From the NCBI GenBank assembly GCA_046597055.1, contig JBKJLC010000111.1:1-29960 (forward strand): 29,960 nt of DNA, in the 5' to 3' direction. Positions 21,381 through 29,960 of this stretch are shown here, piece after piece. Under the pieces are notes generated by a model. The model saw only the letters and a program-made list of their open reading frames with translations. It was not told where the DNA came from and ran no database searches. The stretch's first letter is position 1. Every line of letters begins with the position of its first letter. The position numbers and the translations under genes are program-made. The stretch comes from Kofleriaceae bacterium (GTDB lineage Bacteria > Myxococcota_A > Polyangia > Haliangiales > Haliangiaceae).

Positions 21381-21911
21381 ATGGGCATCGAAACCACCGG
21401 CAAGCTCCACACCATCTTCGAGACGAAGCAGGTGTCGGAGCGCTTCTCGAAGCGCGAGTTCGTCCTCGAGCTGTTGGACAACCCCAAGTACCCGCAGGTC
21501 GTGCTGTTCCAGCTCACCGGCGATCGCTGCGCGCAGCTCGATGGCCTGAACGTCGGCGACGAGGTCCGCATCGAGTTCAGCCTGCGCGGCCGCGAGTGGC
21601 GCAGCCCGCAGGGCGAGACCAAGTACTTCAACAGCCTCGACGTGTGGAAGATCGAGGCCGCGCGGGGCGGCGCCTCGGGCGGCCGGCGTGACGACCGCGG
21701 TGGCGGCGGCGGCAGCGGCGGCGGCTACGACCGCGGCGGCGGCGGTGGCGGCGGTCCCGACCGCGGCGGCGGCGGTGGTTACGGCGGCGGGCGCGGCGGC
21801 AGCACCGGTGGCGGCGGCGATCCGCGCGACAGTGATGCGCCGCCGCGCGACGACCGCGACGCGCCGCCCGGCCCCGACCGCTCCCGCGACGACGACGACA
21901 TGCCGTTCTGA
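21381..21911 (+). CDS. DUF3127 family SSB-like OB-fold protein with a Gly/Arg-rich tail and acidic tip
   Basis: FSKREFVLE, YPQVVLFQL, FSLRGREW and YFNSLDVWKI; ends DDDDMPF. Confidence 0.88.
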   Translation: MGIETTGKLHTIFETKQVSERFSKREFVLELLDNPKYPQVVLFQLTGDRCAQLDGLNVGDEVRIEFSLRGREWRSPQGETKYFNSLDVWKIEAARGGASGGRRDDRGGGGGSGGGYDRGGGGGGGPDRGGGGGYGGGRGGSTGGGGDPRDSDAPPRDDRDAPPGPDRSRDDDDMPF

Positions 21912-22058
21912 CGGCGGGCGGCGCCCCTGGACGTGATCACGACCGACCGCGCCGAGTCCGTGGCCGGTCCGTGACCTGTCCGATCAGGCGGCCGCGATGG
22001 AGCTCCACGAGCCGCCGGCGGACGTCGGAACGGCTAGAGTGGCCACCGGAGGCTCTCG

Positions 22059-22715
22059 ATGAAGAAGATAGGTGTTCTGGGATCCGGGCAGGTCGGACAG
22101 GTGCTCGCGGATGGTTTCCTCGCCCATGGCTACGAGGTCACGCGCGGCTCGCGCGAGCCGACCAAGCTGGCCGACTGGTCGGTAGGCGCCGGCAGCCACG
22201 GCCGCACCGGCACCTTCGCGCAGACCGCGGCCTGGGCCGAGATCATCGTCCTGGCGGTGAAGGGCACCGCGGCCGAGGAGGCGATCGCGCTGGCCGGCAT
22301 CGACAACCTCGCCGGCAAGCTCGTGATCGACACGACCAACCCGATCGCCGATGCGCCGCCCGAGGCCGGAGTGCTTCGCTACTTCACCGGGCCCGACGAC
22401 TCGCTGATGGAGCGGCTGCAAAAGGCGGCCCCGGCGGCGCGGTTCGTCAAGGCGTTCTCGTCGGTGGGCAACGCGTTGATGATCAACCCGGCCCTGGCCG
22501 GCGGGCCGCCGACGATGTTCATCTGCGGCGACGACGCCGACGCCAAGGGCGAGACCCGGCGGATCCTCACGCAGTTTGGCTGGGAGGCCGAGGACTGCGG
22601 CAGCGTGGTCGCGGCGCGCGCGATCGAGCCGCTGTGCATGCTGTGGTGCATCCCCGGGTTCGCGAAGAACGACTGGCTGCACGCGTTCAAGCTGCTGCGC
22701 CCGATCGCGTCGTAG
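22059..22715 (+). CDS. NADPH-dependent F420 reductase-like / NAD(P)-binding oxidoreductase
   Basis: Rossmann GVLGSGQVG, LVIDTTNP, VKAFSSVG and FICGDD; GGAGG RBS. Confidence 0.85.
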   Translation: MKKIGVLGSGQVGQVLADGFLAHGYEVTRGSREPTKLADWSVGAGSHGRTGTFAQTAAWAEIIVLAVKGTAAEEAIALAGIDNLAGKLVIDTTNPIADAPPEAGVLRYFTGPDDSLMERLQKAAPAARFVKAFSSVGNALMINPALAGGPPTMFICGDDADAKGETRRILTQFGWEAEDCGSVVAARAIEPLCMLWCIPGFAKNDWLHAFKLLRPIAS

Positions 22716-22782
22716 CGACCGCCTACGGCCCCGCCGAGCAGCCCGTCGGCCAGGCCCGGTTGGTCCGGACCGCCCTCGCGCA

Positions 22783-23997
22783 TCACGCCATCTTGGCCTT
22801 GAGGCCTTCATCGAGCGCGTCGAGGAACTGCTCGGTCGTGAGCCACGGCTGCTCGGGCCCGATCAGGATCGCGAGATCCTTGGTCATCTTGCCGCCCTCG
22901 ACGGTGGCGACGCACACCTGCTCGAGCGCGTCGGCGAACCGGACCACCTCGGGCGTCTCGTCGAACTGGCCGCGGTACTTGAGGCCCTGGGTCCAGGCGA
23001 AGATCGACGCGATCGGGTTGGTCGACGTCGGCTTGCCCTTCTGGTGCTCGCGGTAGTGGCGGGTCACGGTGCCGTGCGCGGCCTCGGCCTCGACGGTCTT
23101 GCCGTCGGGCGTGAGCAGCACCGACGTCATCAGGCCGAGCGAGCCGAAGCCCTGCGCGACGCTGTCGGACTGGACGTCACCGTCGTAGTTCTTGCAGGCC
23201 CACACGAAGCCGCCGTCCCACTTGAGCGCCGACGCGACCATGTCGTCGATCAGGCGGTGCTCGTAGGTGGTGCCGGCCGCCTTGAACTTGTCGGCGAACT
23301 CCGCGTCGAAGACCTGCTGGAACAGGTCCTTGAACCGGCCGTCGTACTTCTTGAGGATCGTGTTCTTGGTCGACAGGTAGACCGGCCAGCCGCGGTTGAG
23401 CCCGTAGGTGAAGCAGCTCCGCGCGAAGCCGCTGATCGACTCGTCGAGGTTGTACATGCCGAGCGCGACGCCGCCGGCCGGGAAGTCGAACACCTTGTAC
23501 TCGACCGGCTTGCCGCCGTCCTTCGGGGTGTACGTCATCGTCACCGTGCCGGCGCCGGGGACCACGAAGTCGGTCGCCTTGTACTGGTCGCCGAACGCGT
23601 GACGGCCGACCACGATCGGGCGGGTCCAGGTCGACACCAGCCGCGGCACGTTCGAGCAGATGATCGGCTCGCGGAAGATGGTGCCGCCGATGATGTTGCG
23701 GATCGTCCCGTTGGGGGACTTCCACATGTCCTTGAGGCCGAACTCCTTCACCCGCGCCTCGTCGGGCGTGATGGTCGCGCACTTCACGCCGATGCCGTGC
23801 TCCTTGACGGCGTTGGCGGCGTCGATCGTGACCTGATCGCTGGTCGCGTCGCGGTGCTCGATCCCGAGATCGAAGTACTTCAGGTCGATCTCGAGGTACG
23901 GAAGGATCAGCTTGTCCTTGATGAACTTCCAGATGATGCGCGTCATCTCGTCGCCGTCCATCTCGACGACTGGATTCTTGACCTTGATCTTGTTCAT
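22783..23997 (-). CDS. icd: NADP-dependent isocitrate dehydrogenase (IDH1/2-like subfamily)
   Basis: [54 protein letters not shown] and [10 protein letters not shown]. Confidence 0.98.
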   Translation of the reverse strand: MNKIKVKNPVVEMDGDEMTRIIWKFIKDKLILPYLEIDLKYFDLGIEHRDATSDQVTIDAANAVKEHGIGVKCATITPDEARVKEFGLKDMWKSPNGTIRNIIGGTIFREPIICSNVPRLVSTWTRPIVVGRHAFGDQYKATDFVVPGAGTVTMTYTPKDGGKPVEYKVFDFPAGGVALGMYNLDESISGFARSCFTYGLNRGWPVYLSTKNTILKKYDGRFKDLFQQVFDAEFADKFKAAGTTYEHRLIDDMVASALKWDGGFVWACKNYDGDVQSDSVAQGFGSLGLMTSVLLTPDGKTVEAEAAHGTVTRHYREHQKGKPTSTNPIASIFAWTQGLKYRGQFDETPEVVRFADALEQVCVATVEGGKMTKDLAILIGPEQPWLTTEQFLDALDEGLKAKMA

Positions 23998-24038
23998 CTT
24001 CCCGCGTTGTTAGCCCAGGCCCACCCCCGAGGCAACGG

Positions 24039-24290
24039 TCAGGGGTCGCCGTCCACGTCGAAGGCGCGGTCGATGACGATGATCCGGCGCCCGTCGCGCA
24101 GCTCGATGTGGAAACCGGCGGCGCGGCCGTCGGTCCCGGCGTCCACCGCCGGCGCGGCGCGGTCGGGCCGGTGGCCGATCACCGGCGCCGCCGGCGGAGC
24201 GGTCGGGCCAGCGCATGCGGCCACCAGCACTCCCGCGACGAGCCCGCAGATGGCGCCAGCGCTGCACGACGTTGCGAATCGAGACACCAC
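24039..24290 (-). CDS. Small hypothetical lipoprotein
   Basis: Hydrophobic stretch with an LVAAC lipobox; GTG start; fits the intergenic space. Confidence 0.5.
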   Translation of the reverse strand: MVSRFATSCSAGAICGLVAGVLVAACAGPTAPPAAPVIGHRPDRAAPAVDAGTDGRAAGFHIELRDGRRIIVIDRAFDVDGDP

Positions 24291-24445
24291 GTGACTGCGA
24301 TTGTGCCATGTGCTGCCAGCTGGTCTTCGTTCTACTGATCAGCAGAAACCGGAGTAGTCGCGATTGACCGTGAGGCTCGCGACTGTTGTGGCGTCGACAG
24401 TGGAACTGCACATAGGATGCGTTCAACCGGTGTCGACCGGTCCCA

Positions 24446-24937
24446 ATGCGCAGCACGACCACCATCGTCGTCGACACCGACACTCCGGTCCACCTCCGTC
24501 AGCTCGGTGGTCCGAAGCGGCGGCGAACCAACCTGGGGACGCAGGTCCTGAAGCGCCACAGCTCGGTCCGTCCCGACGCGTTCCTGCTCGCCGCGCTGGG
24601 GCTCGATCTCGCGGTGGTCGAGACCACCCCGGCGTGGGACGGCCACCACGTCGTGCACACGTGCGTGATCGGACGTCAGTCGATCCAGCGCGCGCTCGGC
24701 CTGCTCGAGTGCGCGATCGCCGATGCCGAGCGGCTGGCCGAGCGGCTGGCCGCGCGCAGCCCATGCGAGTCGATCGCGCAGGTGATCGCCGCCTTCCGGG
24801 CCGGCGAGGCCAGCGCCGGCGCCGGGCCCGCCGAGGAAGCCGCGGCGTTCGCGATGCAGCTGGTCGAGAGTGTCCGGGTCGCCGAGCGCTACCTCACCAG
24901 CGTGTGCTGGGAGCACCGCGACCCGCAGCCGGCCTGA
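24446..24937 (+). CDS. Hypothetical protein, 163 aa
   Basis: Strong GC3 bias, protein-like composition, followed by a hairpin; no family recognised. Confidence 0.65.
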   Translation: MRSTTTIVVDTDTPVHLRQLGGPKRRRTNLGTQVLKRHSSVRPDAFLLAALGLDLAVVETTPAWDGHHVVHTCVIGRQSIQRALGLLECAIADAERLAERLAARSPCESIAQVIAAFRAGEASAGAGPAEEAAAFAMQLVESVRVAERYLTSVCWEHRDPQPA

Positions 24938-24948
24938 TCCGGGCTCAG

Positions 24949-24974
24949 GGGTGTGATTCTTTCGAATCCCACCC
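24949..24974. terminator. Putative intrinsic terminator between convergent genes
   Basis: GGGTGTGATTC-TTTC-GAATCCCACCC (11-bp stem, 1 mismatch) followed by GCTCTTTC. Confidence 0.5.
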
Positions 24975-25052
24975 GCTCTTTCGATCGGTCGGTCGCGGCC
25001 CGGGGGCCGCGCCCGATCTGTACGGACCCAGAGCCGCCTCGCTTCGCTCGGC

Positions 25053-27920
25053 TCAAGGGGAAGCGGTGAAGCGCAGCCGCTGGACCGCGTGGGCCTCGAC
25101 GTCGGCCCGCTCGTAGGCGAGGGGCGGCTGGCGGTTACTCCGCCACAGCTCGGCCTCGTCGGCGTGACGCGGCGAGTCGGGGTCTTCGACCTGCCCGCCG
25201 GGGAGGGCGTTGAACGGCCGGGGACCGGCCGGCGTCATCTCGACCACCAGGCGCTGCGACGCGCCGGCGCCGAAGCTGAAGCTGGTGGGCCCGTAGATGC
25301 CGAAGTTGCCGGGGTCGACCGCGCCGAGGTCGCCGTGGCGGGGGAAGCCGTCGGGGAACCCGGGGTCGTTGGCGGCCGGCACCGAGACCTGCGCGACGCC
25401 ATCGAGCGCCGGCACCACCTGGTCGAACCGCACCGTGTGCAGCCGGCCCCAGCGCCACTGCTCGCGATCGGCGCCCAGCTCGGCGGCCAGGAAGCCGTAG
25501 GCCGCGATCACCGCGCGCACGATGCGCTCGTCGCGGGTCTCGACCACGGTCGCGGTGGCGAGGTCATCCCACAGCACGGTGTCGTCGTAGCCGACCACGC
25601 CGGCGTACGTCGAGCGGTAGGTCGCCATCGTCGCCGGTGACCGCATCGCCCACTCGAGCGCGCGCGCGGTCTGCAGCGTGCCGGGCCGGCGGCCGAGCCG
25701 GGTGGTCTCGTCGCCGAACGCCAGCGGGGCCAGCCGGGTGAGGATGCCGTTGAAGACGGTGGTGGCGATGCTGTCGACGACCTCGGGGGTCGCGGTGGCG
25801 CCGAGCCCGTGCGGGGTCGCGAACGACCACACGGCCAGGCGATTCCGTGCGTCCGTGAGGGTCGCGCGGCCGGCGTCGCCGAGCGCGACCATCGCCGCCT
25901 GCAGGGCCGGGTCGTCGCTCGGGTCGCCGAGCGCGTGTTCGATCGCGGCGACGATCGGATCGCGCAGGGTGACGCCGAGGCTCGACCGGGTCTCCGCCTG
26001 CAGCGCGATCATGTCGTCGGGCGTGATCGCGTCGGCGGTCACCAGCGCGTCGAGCCGCTCGCGGATCCGGCCCTGGCGGTAGCCGACGTCGAAGTCGCCG
26101 CCGAGGTAGTGGGGGTCGTTGCACGGGTTGCCATCGGCGGTGACGCCGACGTTGTCCTGGTTGGACGTCGCGATGTAGCCGCGGGCCGGGTTGACCTCGT
26201 GCGGCAGGTAGCGGTCCTCGAGATCGGTCGTCCACTCGTGGTTGCCGCTCTGGCCGTCGAGCACGAACTGCGGCGACACCCCGGACACGACGCCGCCGCT
26301 GTCGTAGGCGAACGTGCACGCGCGCGGGTCGCGCTGCGGCACCCGTGACTCGGTCGACCACCGGATGCCCTCGCTGGCCGACGCGAACGAGAAGTTCTGG
26401 GCGCCGACCCGGAAGTGATCCTGGGCGGTCTCGGCCTCGGCGAACGTGCGGGCGTCGAGCAGGCCCCCGAAGAACGCCAGCTCGTTGGTCGGGACGTTGC
26501 CGGTGTAGCGCACCGACAGCGCGCGCCCGGTCGGGTCGGCGACGTTGGTCGGCGGCACGATCGAGTCGGGGATGAGCCCGCCGTGGTGCGGGGCCAGGTA
26601 GACCTTGAACGGTACCGCCGCGGACTGGCCCTGCACCGTGATCGGCTCGTCGACCACCTCGAGCGCGACCTCGGCGCCGCGGAAGCGGACCGAGGCCGGC
26701 ACCCAGACCGGCGCGGCGGCGGTGCCGTCGTTGCGGAACGTGACCCGCTCGTCGTAGACGTCGGTGACGTCGTAGCCGGTCGTGGTCGCGCTCCACGCCA
26801 GGTCGCGGTTGAAGCCGAGCACCACGCCAGGCAGGCCGGCGAACGCGACGCCCTGGGCGTCGATCATGCGCTCGCCGTTCATCGCCGCGGTGTTGAGGTG
26901 CACGTACCACCACACCGGCGGCGCGATCAGCGACAGGTGCGGGTCGTTCGACAGGATCGGATGGCCGCTGGCGGTGTGCGCGCCGCTCACCACCCAGCTG
27001 TTGGAGCCGACGTGGGGATCGCGGCGGAGCAGCCGGTTGGCCTCGAAGCGCGCGAAGAACGCCTCGGCGCCGGCCAGCGCGCGCGGGTCGACGGCGGCGC
27101 TCGGCGTCGCCCGGGTCGGGCGAACCCGGGCCCGGGTGCCGGTGTCGGTGCCGACGTTGGGGAAGCCGGCGTCGACGGTGAACACCGCCCGGGCCGGCCG
27201 GTCGGTCCAGAAGTCGGCGTAGACGCCGGCGCGCGCGGCCAGCCGCGGGTCGGCGCTGCCGGCCGGGAACGTCGCGGCCACCGCGGCCAGCGCCGCCGAA
27301 CGATTGATGTCGGCGTCGGCGTCGTACGACAGGTTCCAGGCCTGGAACCGGGCCAGCGCGAAGATGTCGGCCGGCTGCCAGTGTCCGAAGTGCGGACTGC
27401 CCAGGATCAGCGCCAGCGCCTCGTTGCCGCGGGTGGCGACGTAGTCGCCCGACTCGAGCACCCGGTCGATGTACTGGTTGATGCCGGCCACGAACGCCTC
27501 GGCGGTGGCCCGGCTGGGATCGCCGGCGGGGAGCGCGTCGTAGATCGCACGGCCCTGGCGCGCGAAGCCGAGGTAACGCTGGGCGCGGTCGCCGTCGATC
27601 AGGCTGGCGTCGAGCGCGCCGGCGACCTCGGCCAGCCGGCCGAGCACGCTGCGGCGGATGAACTCCATCTGGGCGAAGCGGTCCTTCGCCATCAGGTAGC
27701 CCTCGACCATCAGCACGTCGTGCACGGTCGTGCCGTAGATGTGCGGGACGCCGCGGTCGTCGACGATCACGTCGACTGGGCCGTCGAGGCCGGTGAGCAC
27801 GAGCTGGTCGGTGCCGGTGGGACCGTCGGGGGTCGCGGCCTGGTTGTCGCCGCAGCCGGCGCTGGCGGCCGCGGCCGCGGCAAGCAGGAACGTCGCGATC
27901 CATCGGAGCGCTGATGCCAT
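25053..27920 (-). CDS. Penicillin acylase family (Ntn hydrolase, S45) lipoprotein, ~955 aa
   Basis: Lipobox ASAGC; DDRGVPHIY, GSNSWVV (catalytic Ser), NDPHL, WRWGRLH and LPGGQ; GGAGG RBS before ATG 27920. Confidence 0.93.
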   Translation of the reverse strand: MASALRWIATFLLAAAAAASAGCGDNQAATPDGPTGTDQLVLTGLDGPVDVIVDDRGVPHIYGTTVHDVLMVEGYLMAKDRFAQMEFIRRSVLGRLAEVAGALDASLIDGDRAQRYLGFARQGRAIYDALPAGDPSRATAEAFVAGINQYIDRVLESGDYVATRGNEALALILGSPHFGHWQPADIFALARFQAWNLSYDADADINRSAALAAVAATFPAGSADPRLAARAGVYADFWTDRPARAVFTVDAGFPNVGTDTGTRARVRPTRATPSAAVDPRALAGAEAFFARFEANRLLRRDPHVGSNSWVVSGAHTASGHPILSNDPHLSLIAPPVWWYVHLNTAAMNGERMIDAQGVAFAGLPGVVLGFNRDLAWSATTTGYDVTDVYDERVTFRNDGTAAAPVWVPASVRFRGAEVALEVVDEPITVQGQSAAVPFKVYLAPHHGGLIPDSIVPPTNVADPTGRALSVRYTGNVPTNELAFFGGLLDARTFAEAETAQDHFRVGAQNFSFASASEGIRWSTESRVPQRDPRACTFAYDSGGVVSGVSPQFVLDGQSGNHEWTTDLEDRYLPHEVNPARGYIATSNQDNVGVTADGNPCNDPHYLGGDFDVGYRQGRIRERLDALVTADAITPDDMIALQAETRSSLGVTLRDPIVAAIEHALGDPSDDPALQAAMVALGDAGRATLTDARNRLAVWSFATPHGLGATATPEVVDSIATTVFNGILTRLAPLAFGDETTRLGRRPGTLQTARALEWAMRSPATMATYRSTYAGVVGYDDTVLWDDLATATVVETRDERIVRAVIAAYGFLAAELGADREQWRWGRLHTVRFDQVVPALDGVAQVSVPAANDPGFPDGFPRHGDLGAVDPGNFGIYGPTSFSFGAGASQRLVVEMTPAGPRPFNALPGGQVEDPDSPRHADEAELWRSNRQPPLAYERADVEAHAVQRLRFTASP

Positions 27921-27986
27921 GGGGTAACCTCCGGCGGACTCTACCCTGAGCCTCCCTCCTTCGGGGCTGCACGCTAAGGTGCCGCG

Positions 27987-28373
27987 ATGAGCATCGAGTT
28001 CCTGTCCGACGCCTGGTTCACCAAGGTCGACGAGCTGATCGCCGCCGCCGGCGATCTCCAGATCCCGCCCGCGATGAAGGCGGTCGAGGTCAACGTCACG
28101 GTCGCTGGCGCCGGTGGCGAGACCCAGCTGTTCATGACGGACGGCCGGTTCGTGCGCGGCCACCGCCCCGACGCGGCGACCACGTTGACCCTGTCGACCG
28201 AGCTGGCGCGCCGCATCTTCCTCGACGGCGACACCGCCGCCGGCGTGCACGCGTTCCTGACCGGCGAGATCAAGGTCGACGGCGACCTCGCCAAGCTGGT
28301 CGCGATGCAGACGGTCGAGCCGAGCGAGCCGCAGAAGGCGCTCACCAAGCGCATCGCCGGCATCACCGCGTAG
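27987..28373 (+). CDS. SCP2 sterol/lipid-binding domain protein
   Basis: FLSDAW and AFLTGEIKVDGDLAKL. Confidence 0.85.
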   Translation: MSIEFLSDAWFTKVDELIAAAGDLQIPPAMKAVEVNVTVAGAGGETQLFMTDGRFVRGHRPDAATTLTLSTELARRIFLDGDTAAGVHAFLTGEIKVDGDLAKLVAMQTVEPSEPQKALTKRIAGITA

Positions 28374-28384
28374 GGCTCCGCGGC

Positions 28385-28816
28385 TCAGTGCACGAGCTTG
28401 CCGGTCAGCGTGGTGGCGCCGGCCCCGGTACTGCCCCATGCGCGCGCCGCGTGACGGGCTGCATCACGCTCGGCCTGGCGCTCGCGCCAGGCGACGTAGA
28501 CGTCGAAGACGCCGAGCGCGGTCACCGCCGCGAGCGCCCCGAAGACGACCTTGCGCTTGCTGCTCCGCCTTACCGCCAGGCCGAGCAGGCCCGCATCGAC
28601 CACGTCGCCGAGCACGCGACCCCAGAGCCCTACCGAGGGCGCTCGCCGGAACAGGACGCCGAGGCTGGTCGCGATCTCCCGTGCGCCCAGCGCACGCAGC
28701 AGCATGTTGTGCTCGCGCACGCCGAGCAGATTGTTGAGGATGCGAGGGATCGCGAGCTCGGCGATCCCCATGGCGATCCCTGTGATTCCGAGGGCTCGCG
28801 CGGCCTTGTGTTGCAC
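28385..28816 (-). CDS. Small membrane protein (resembles the membrane module of cyclase/dehydrase-annotated proteins)
   Basis: ARALG..GIAEL..P, GAREIA and LWGRVLGDVVD; AAAAGGAG RBS before the GTG. Confidence 0.7.
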   Translation of the reverse strand: MQHKAARALGITGIAMGIAELAIPRILNNLLGVREHNMLLRALGAREIATSLGVLFRRAPSVGLWGRVLGDVVDAGLLGLAVRRSSKRKVVFGALAAVTALGVFDVYVAWRERQAERDAARHAARAWGSTGAGATTLTGKLVH

Positions 28817-28843
28817 GGTTGGCTCCTTTTCGGTTCAAGGACC

Positions 28844-28859
28844 TGCAGTGGCCATGCCA
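28844..28859 (-). promoter_or_regulatory. Sigma54 (-24/-12) promoter
   Basis: Minus strand TGGCATGGCCACTGCA, GG-N10-GC spacing, ~28 nt before the GTG at 28816. Confidence 0.6.
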
Positions 28860-28964
28860 CGCTCGCGGGAACGTCAGGACGTCGATGACGCAGGTGGTCG
28901 GTGTCGGAGGGCCCGACCGGCCACGGGCGCGCGGCGCGCGATGGTGATGGTATCCAGGCGGAAG

Positions 28965-29960
28965 ATGCCTGTCGCGCCTCCAGCGTCGTTGCCGCCCGGC
29001 CACCGCGTGGTCGTCTCCGAGCTCGGCGACGATCCGCTCACCGCGATCGAGCAGTTCGCGTCGCTGGTGCCGATGGCCGCGCCCGATCCGGCGACGCTCG
29101 GGTCCGGCGACGTGATCGTCGCGGTGCGCAGCGCGGCCGTCGGGTGGGTCGACCTGATCATGACCAGCGGCCAGTACCAGCACGTGCCGGCGCCGCCGTA
29201 CACGCCCGGGCTCGAGTACGCCGGCGTGGTCGCGTACGCCGGGCCCGCGGCCGGCGCGTTCGCGGTCGGCGATGCGGTCCTGGTCGACCCGTTCCTGGCC
29301 GGCCCGCGCTCGCACGGCGACTACCGCAGCTACGGCGGCTTCGCGTCGTACGCGGTCGCGCCGGTGGCGGCGGTGCGGCCCATCCCGGCCGGGCTGTCGT
29401 TCGATCAGGCATGCAACCTGCTTGGCAACTACGAGACGGCCTATCACTGCCTGATCACGCGCGGCCGCCTCACCGCCGGCGAGACCGTGCTGATCCACGG
29501 CGCATCGGGCGCGACCGGGTTGGCCGCCGTGCACGTCGCCAAGCTGGTCGGCGCCACCGTGATCGCCACCGGTCGCTCACCGGTCAAGCTCGCCCAGGTC
29601 CAGGCGCAGGGCGCCGACCACGTCCTCGATGTCCGGCGCCCGGACAGTGCGCCCGGGATCCGCGACCTGCGCGACGAGGTCAAGGCGCTGACCGGCGGCC
29701 GCGGCGTCGACGTCGTCTATGACGGGGTCGGCGGCGACCTCTCGGCCGAGAGCCTGCGCTGCGTGCGGTTCGGGGCCCGGTTCCTCATCGTCGGCTGGGC
29801 CTCGACGCCGTTCGTCGCCCGCGGCAAGGGTCAGCGCGGCGCGCCCAACGCCAACGTGCTGCCGACCAACCTCATCATGATGAAGGGCGTCGACGTGCTC
29901 GGCTGTCCCACCGTGATCGCGACCGTGAATGAACCATCGCTGCGCGCGCCGCGGCTGGCC
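28965..29960 (+). CDS. NADPH:quinone oxidoreductase (MDR/zeta-crystallin family), 3'-truncated by window edge
   Basis: Not in the ORF track because it has no stop in the window. Manual translation gives GQYQHVPAPPYTPGLEYAG, VLIHGASGATG and GVDVVYDGVGG. Confidence 0.9.
   Translation, partial: MPVAPPASLPPGHRVVVSELGDDPLTAIEQFASLVPMAAPDPATLGSGDVIVAVRSAAVGWVDLIMTSGQYQHVPAPPYTPGLEYAGVVAYAGPAAGAFAVGDAVLVDPFLAGPRSHGDYRSYGGFASYAVAPVAAVRPIPAGLSFDQACNLLGNYETAYHCLITRGRLTAGETVLIHGASGATGLAAVHVAKLVGATVIATGRSPVKLAQVQAQGADHVLDVRRPDSAPGIRDLRDEVKALTGGRGVDVVYDGVGGDLSAESLRCVRFGARFLIVGWASTPFVARGKGQRGAPNANVLPTNLIMMKGVDVLGCPTVIATVNEPSLRAPRLA

Noticed and set aside
8133..21911. SRAP plus SSB-like gene as a prophage or mobile-element remnant
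   Set aside because: They are 13 kb apart among housekeeping genes, with no integrase, structural or replication genes.
24292..24307. Sigma54-like TGGCAC upstream of the small lipoprotein
   Set aside because: No GC at the -12 position with correct spacing.
24961..24978. TTCGAATCCCACCCGCTC resembling a tRNA T-arm/3' end (att-site relic)
   Set aside because: No cloverleaf, CCA or integrase; the sequence is explained as the loop and right arm of a terminator-like hairpin.

Overview
Very GC-rich bacterial chromosomal window. Inference: Myxococcota, probably Kofleriaceae/Haliangiales-like, based on a kinase-STAND-TPR protein, lipoproteins and an acidic CDNGVDDD repeat. About 24 real CDS: a phosphoesterase (partial), a Ser/Thr kinase-ATPase, DUF1338, a papain-family lipoprotein, SRAP, a probable outer-membrane protein divergent from an NrtA/CmpA-type ABC importer operon, DUF1993, a PAS histidine kinase plus receiver, a Mo-bisPGD oxidoreductase, a second histidine kinase, an SSB-like DUF3127 protein, an F420/NADP oxidoreductase-family protein, icd, a penicillin-acylase-family lipoprotein, SCP2 and a quinone oxidoreductase (partial). 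The best candidate for an undescribed system is at ~350-1441. It is a 67-aa orphan RiPP-precursor-like gene (KLxLxKxTIRxL leader, double-Gly site, Cys/Ser/Thr/Tyr-rich core) with its own sigma54 promoter and a palindromic enhancer-like site. It lies behind a ~620-bp nested REP-like palindrome, and no modifying enzyme is adjacent. Also notable: a recurring leaderless-mRNA signature (TANNNT 6-7 nt before start codons), an in-frame stop splitting a kinase from its receiver, and an asymmetric ABC ATPase pair. No rRNA, tRNA, CRISPR array or transposase was seen. All family calls come from motif recognition, not database searches.
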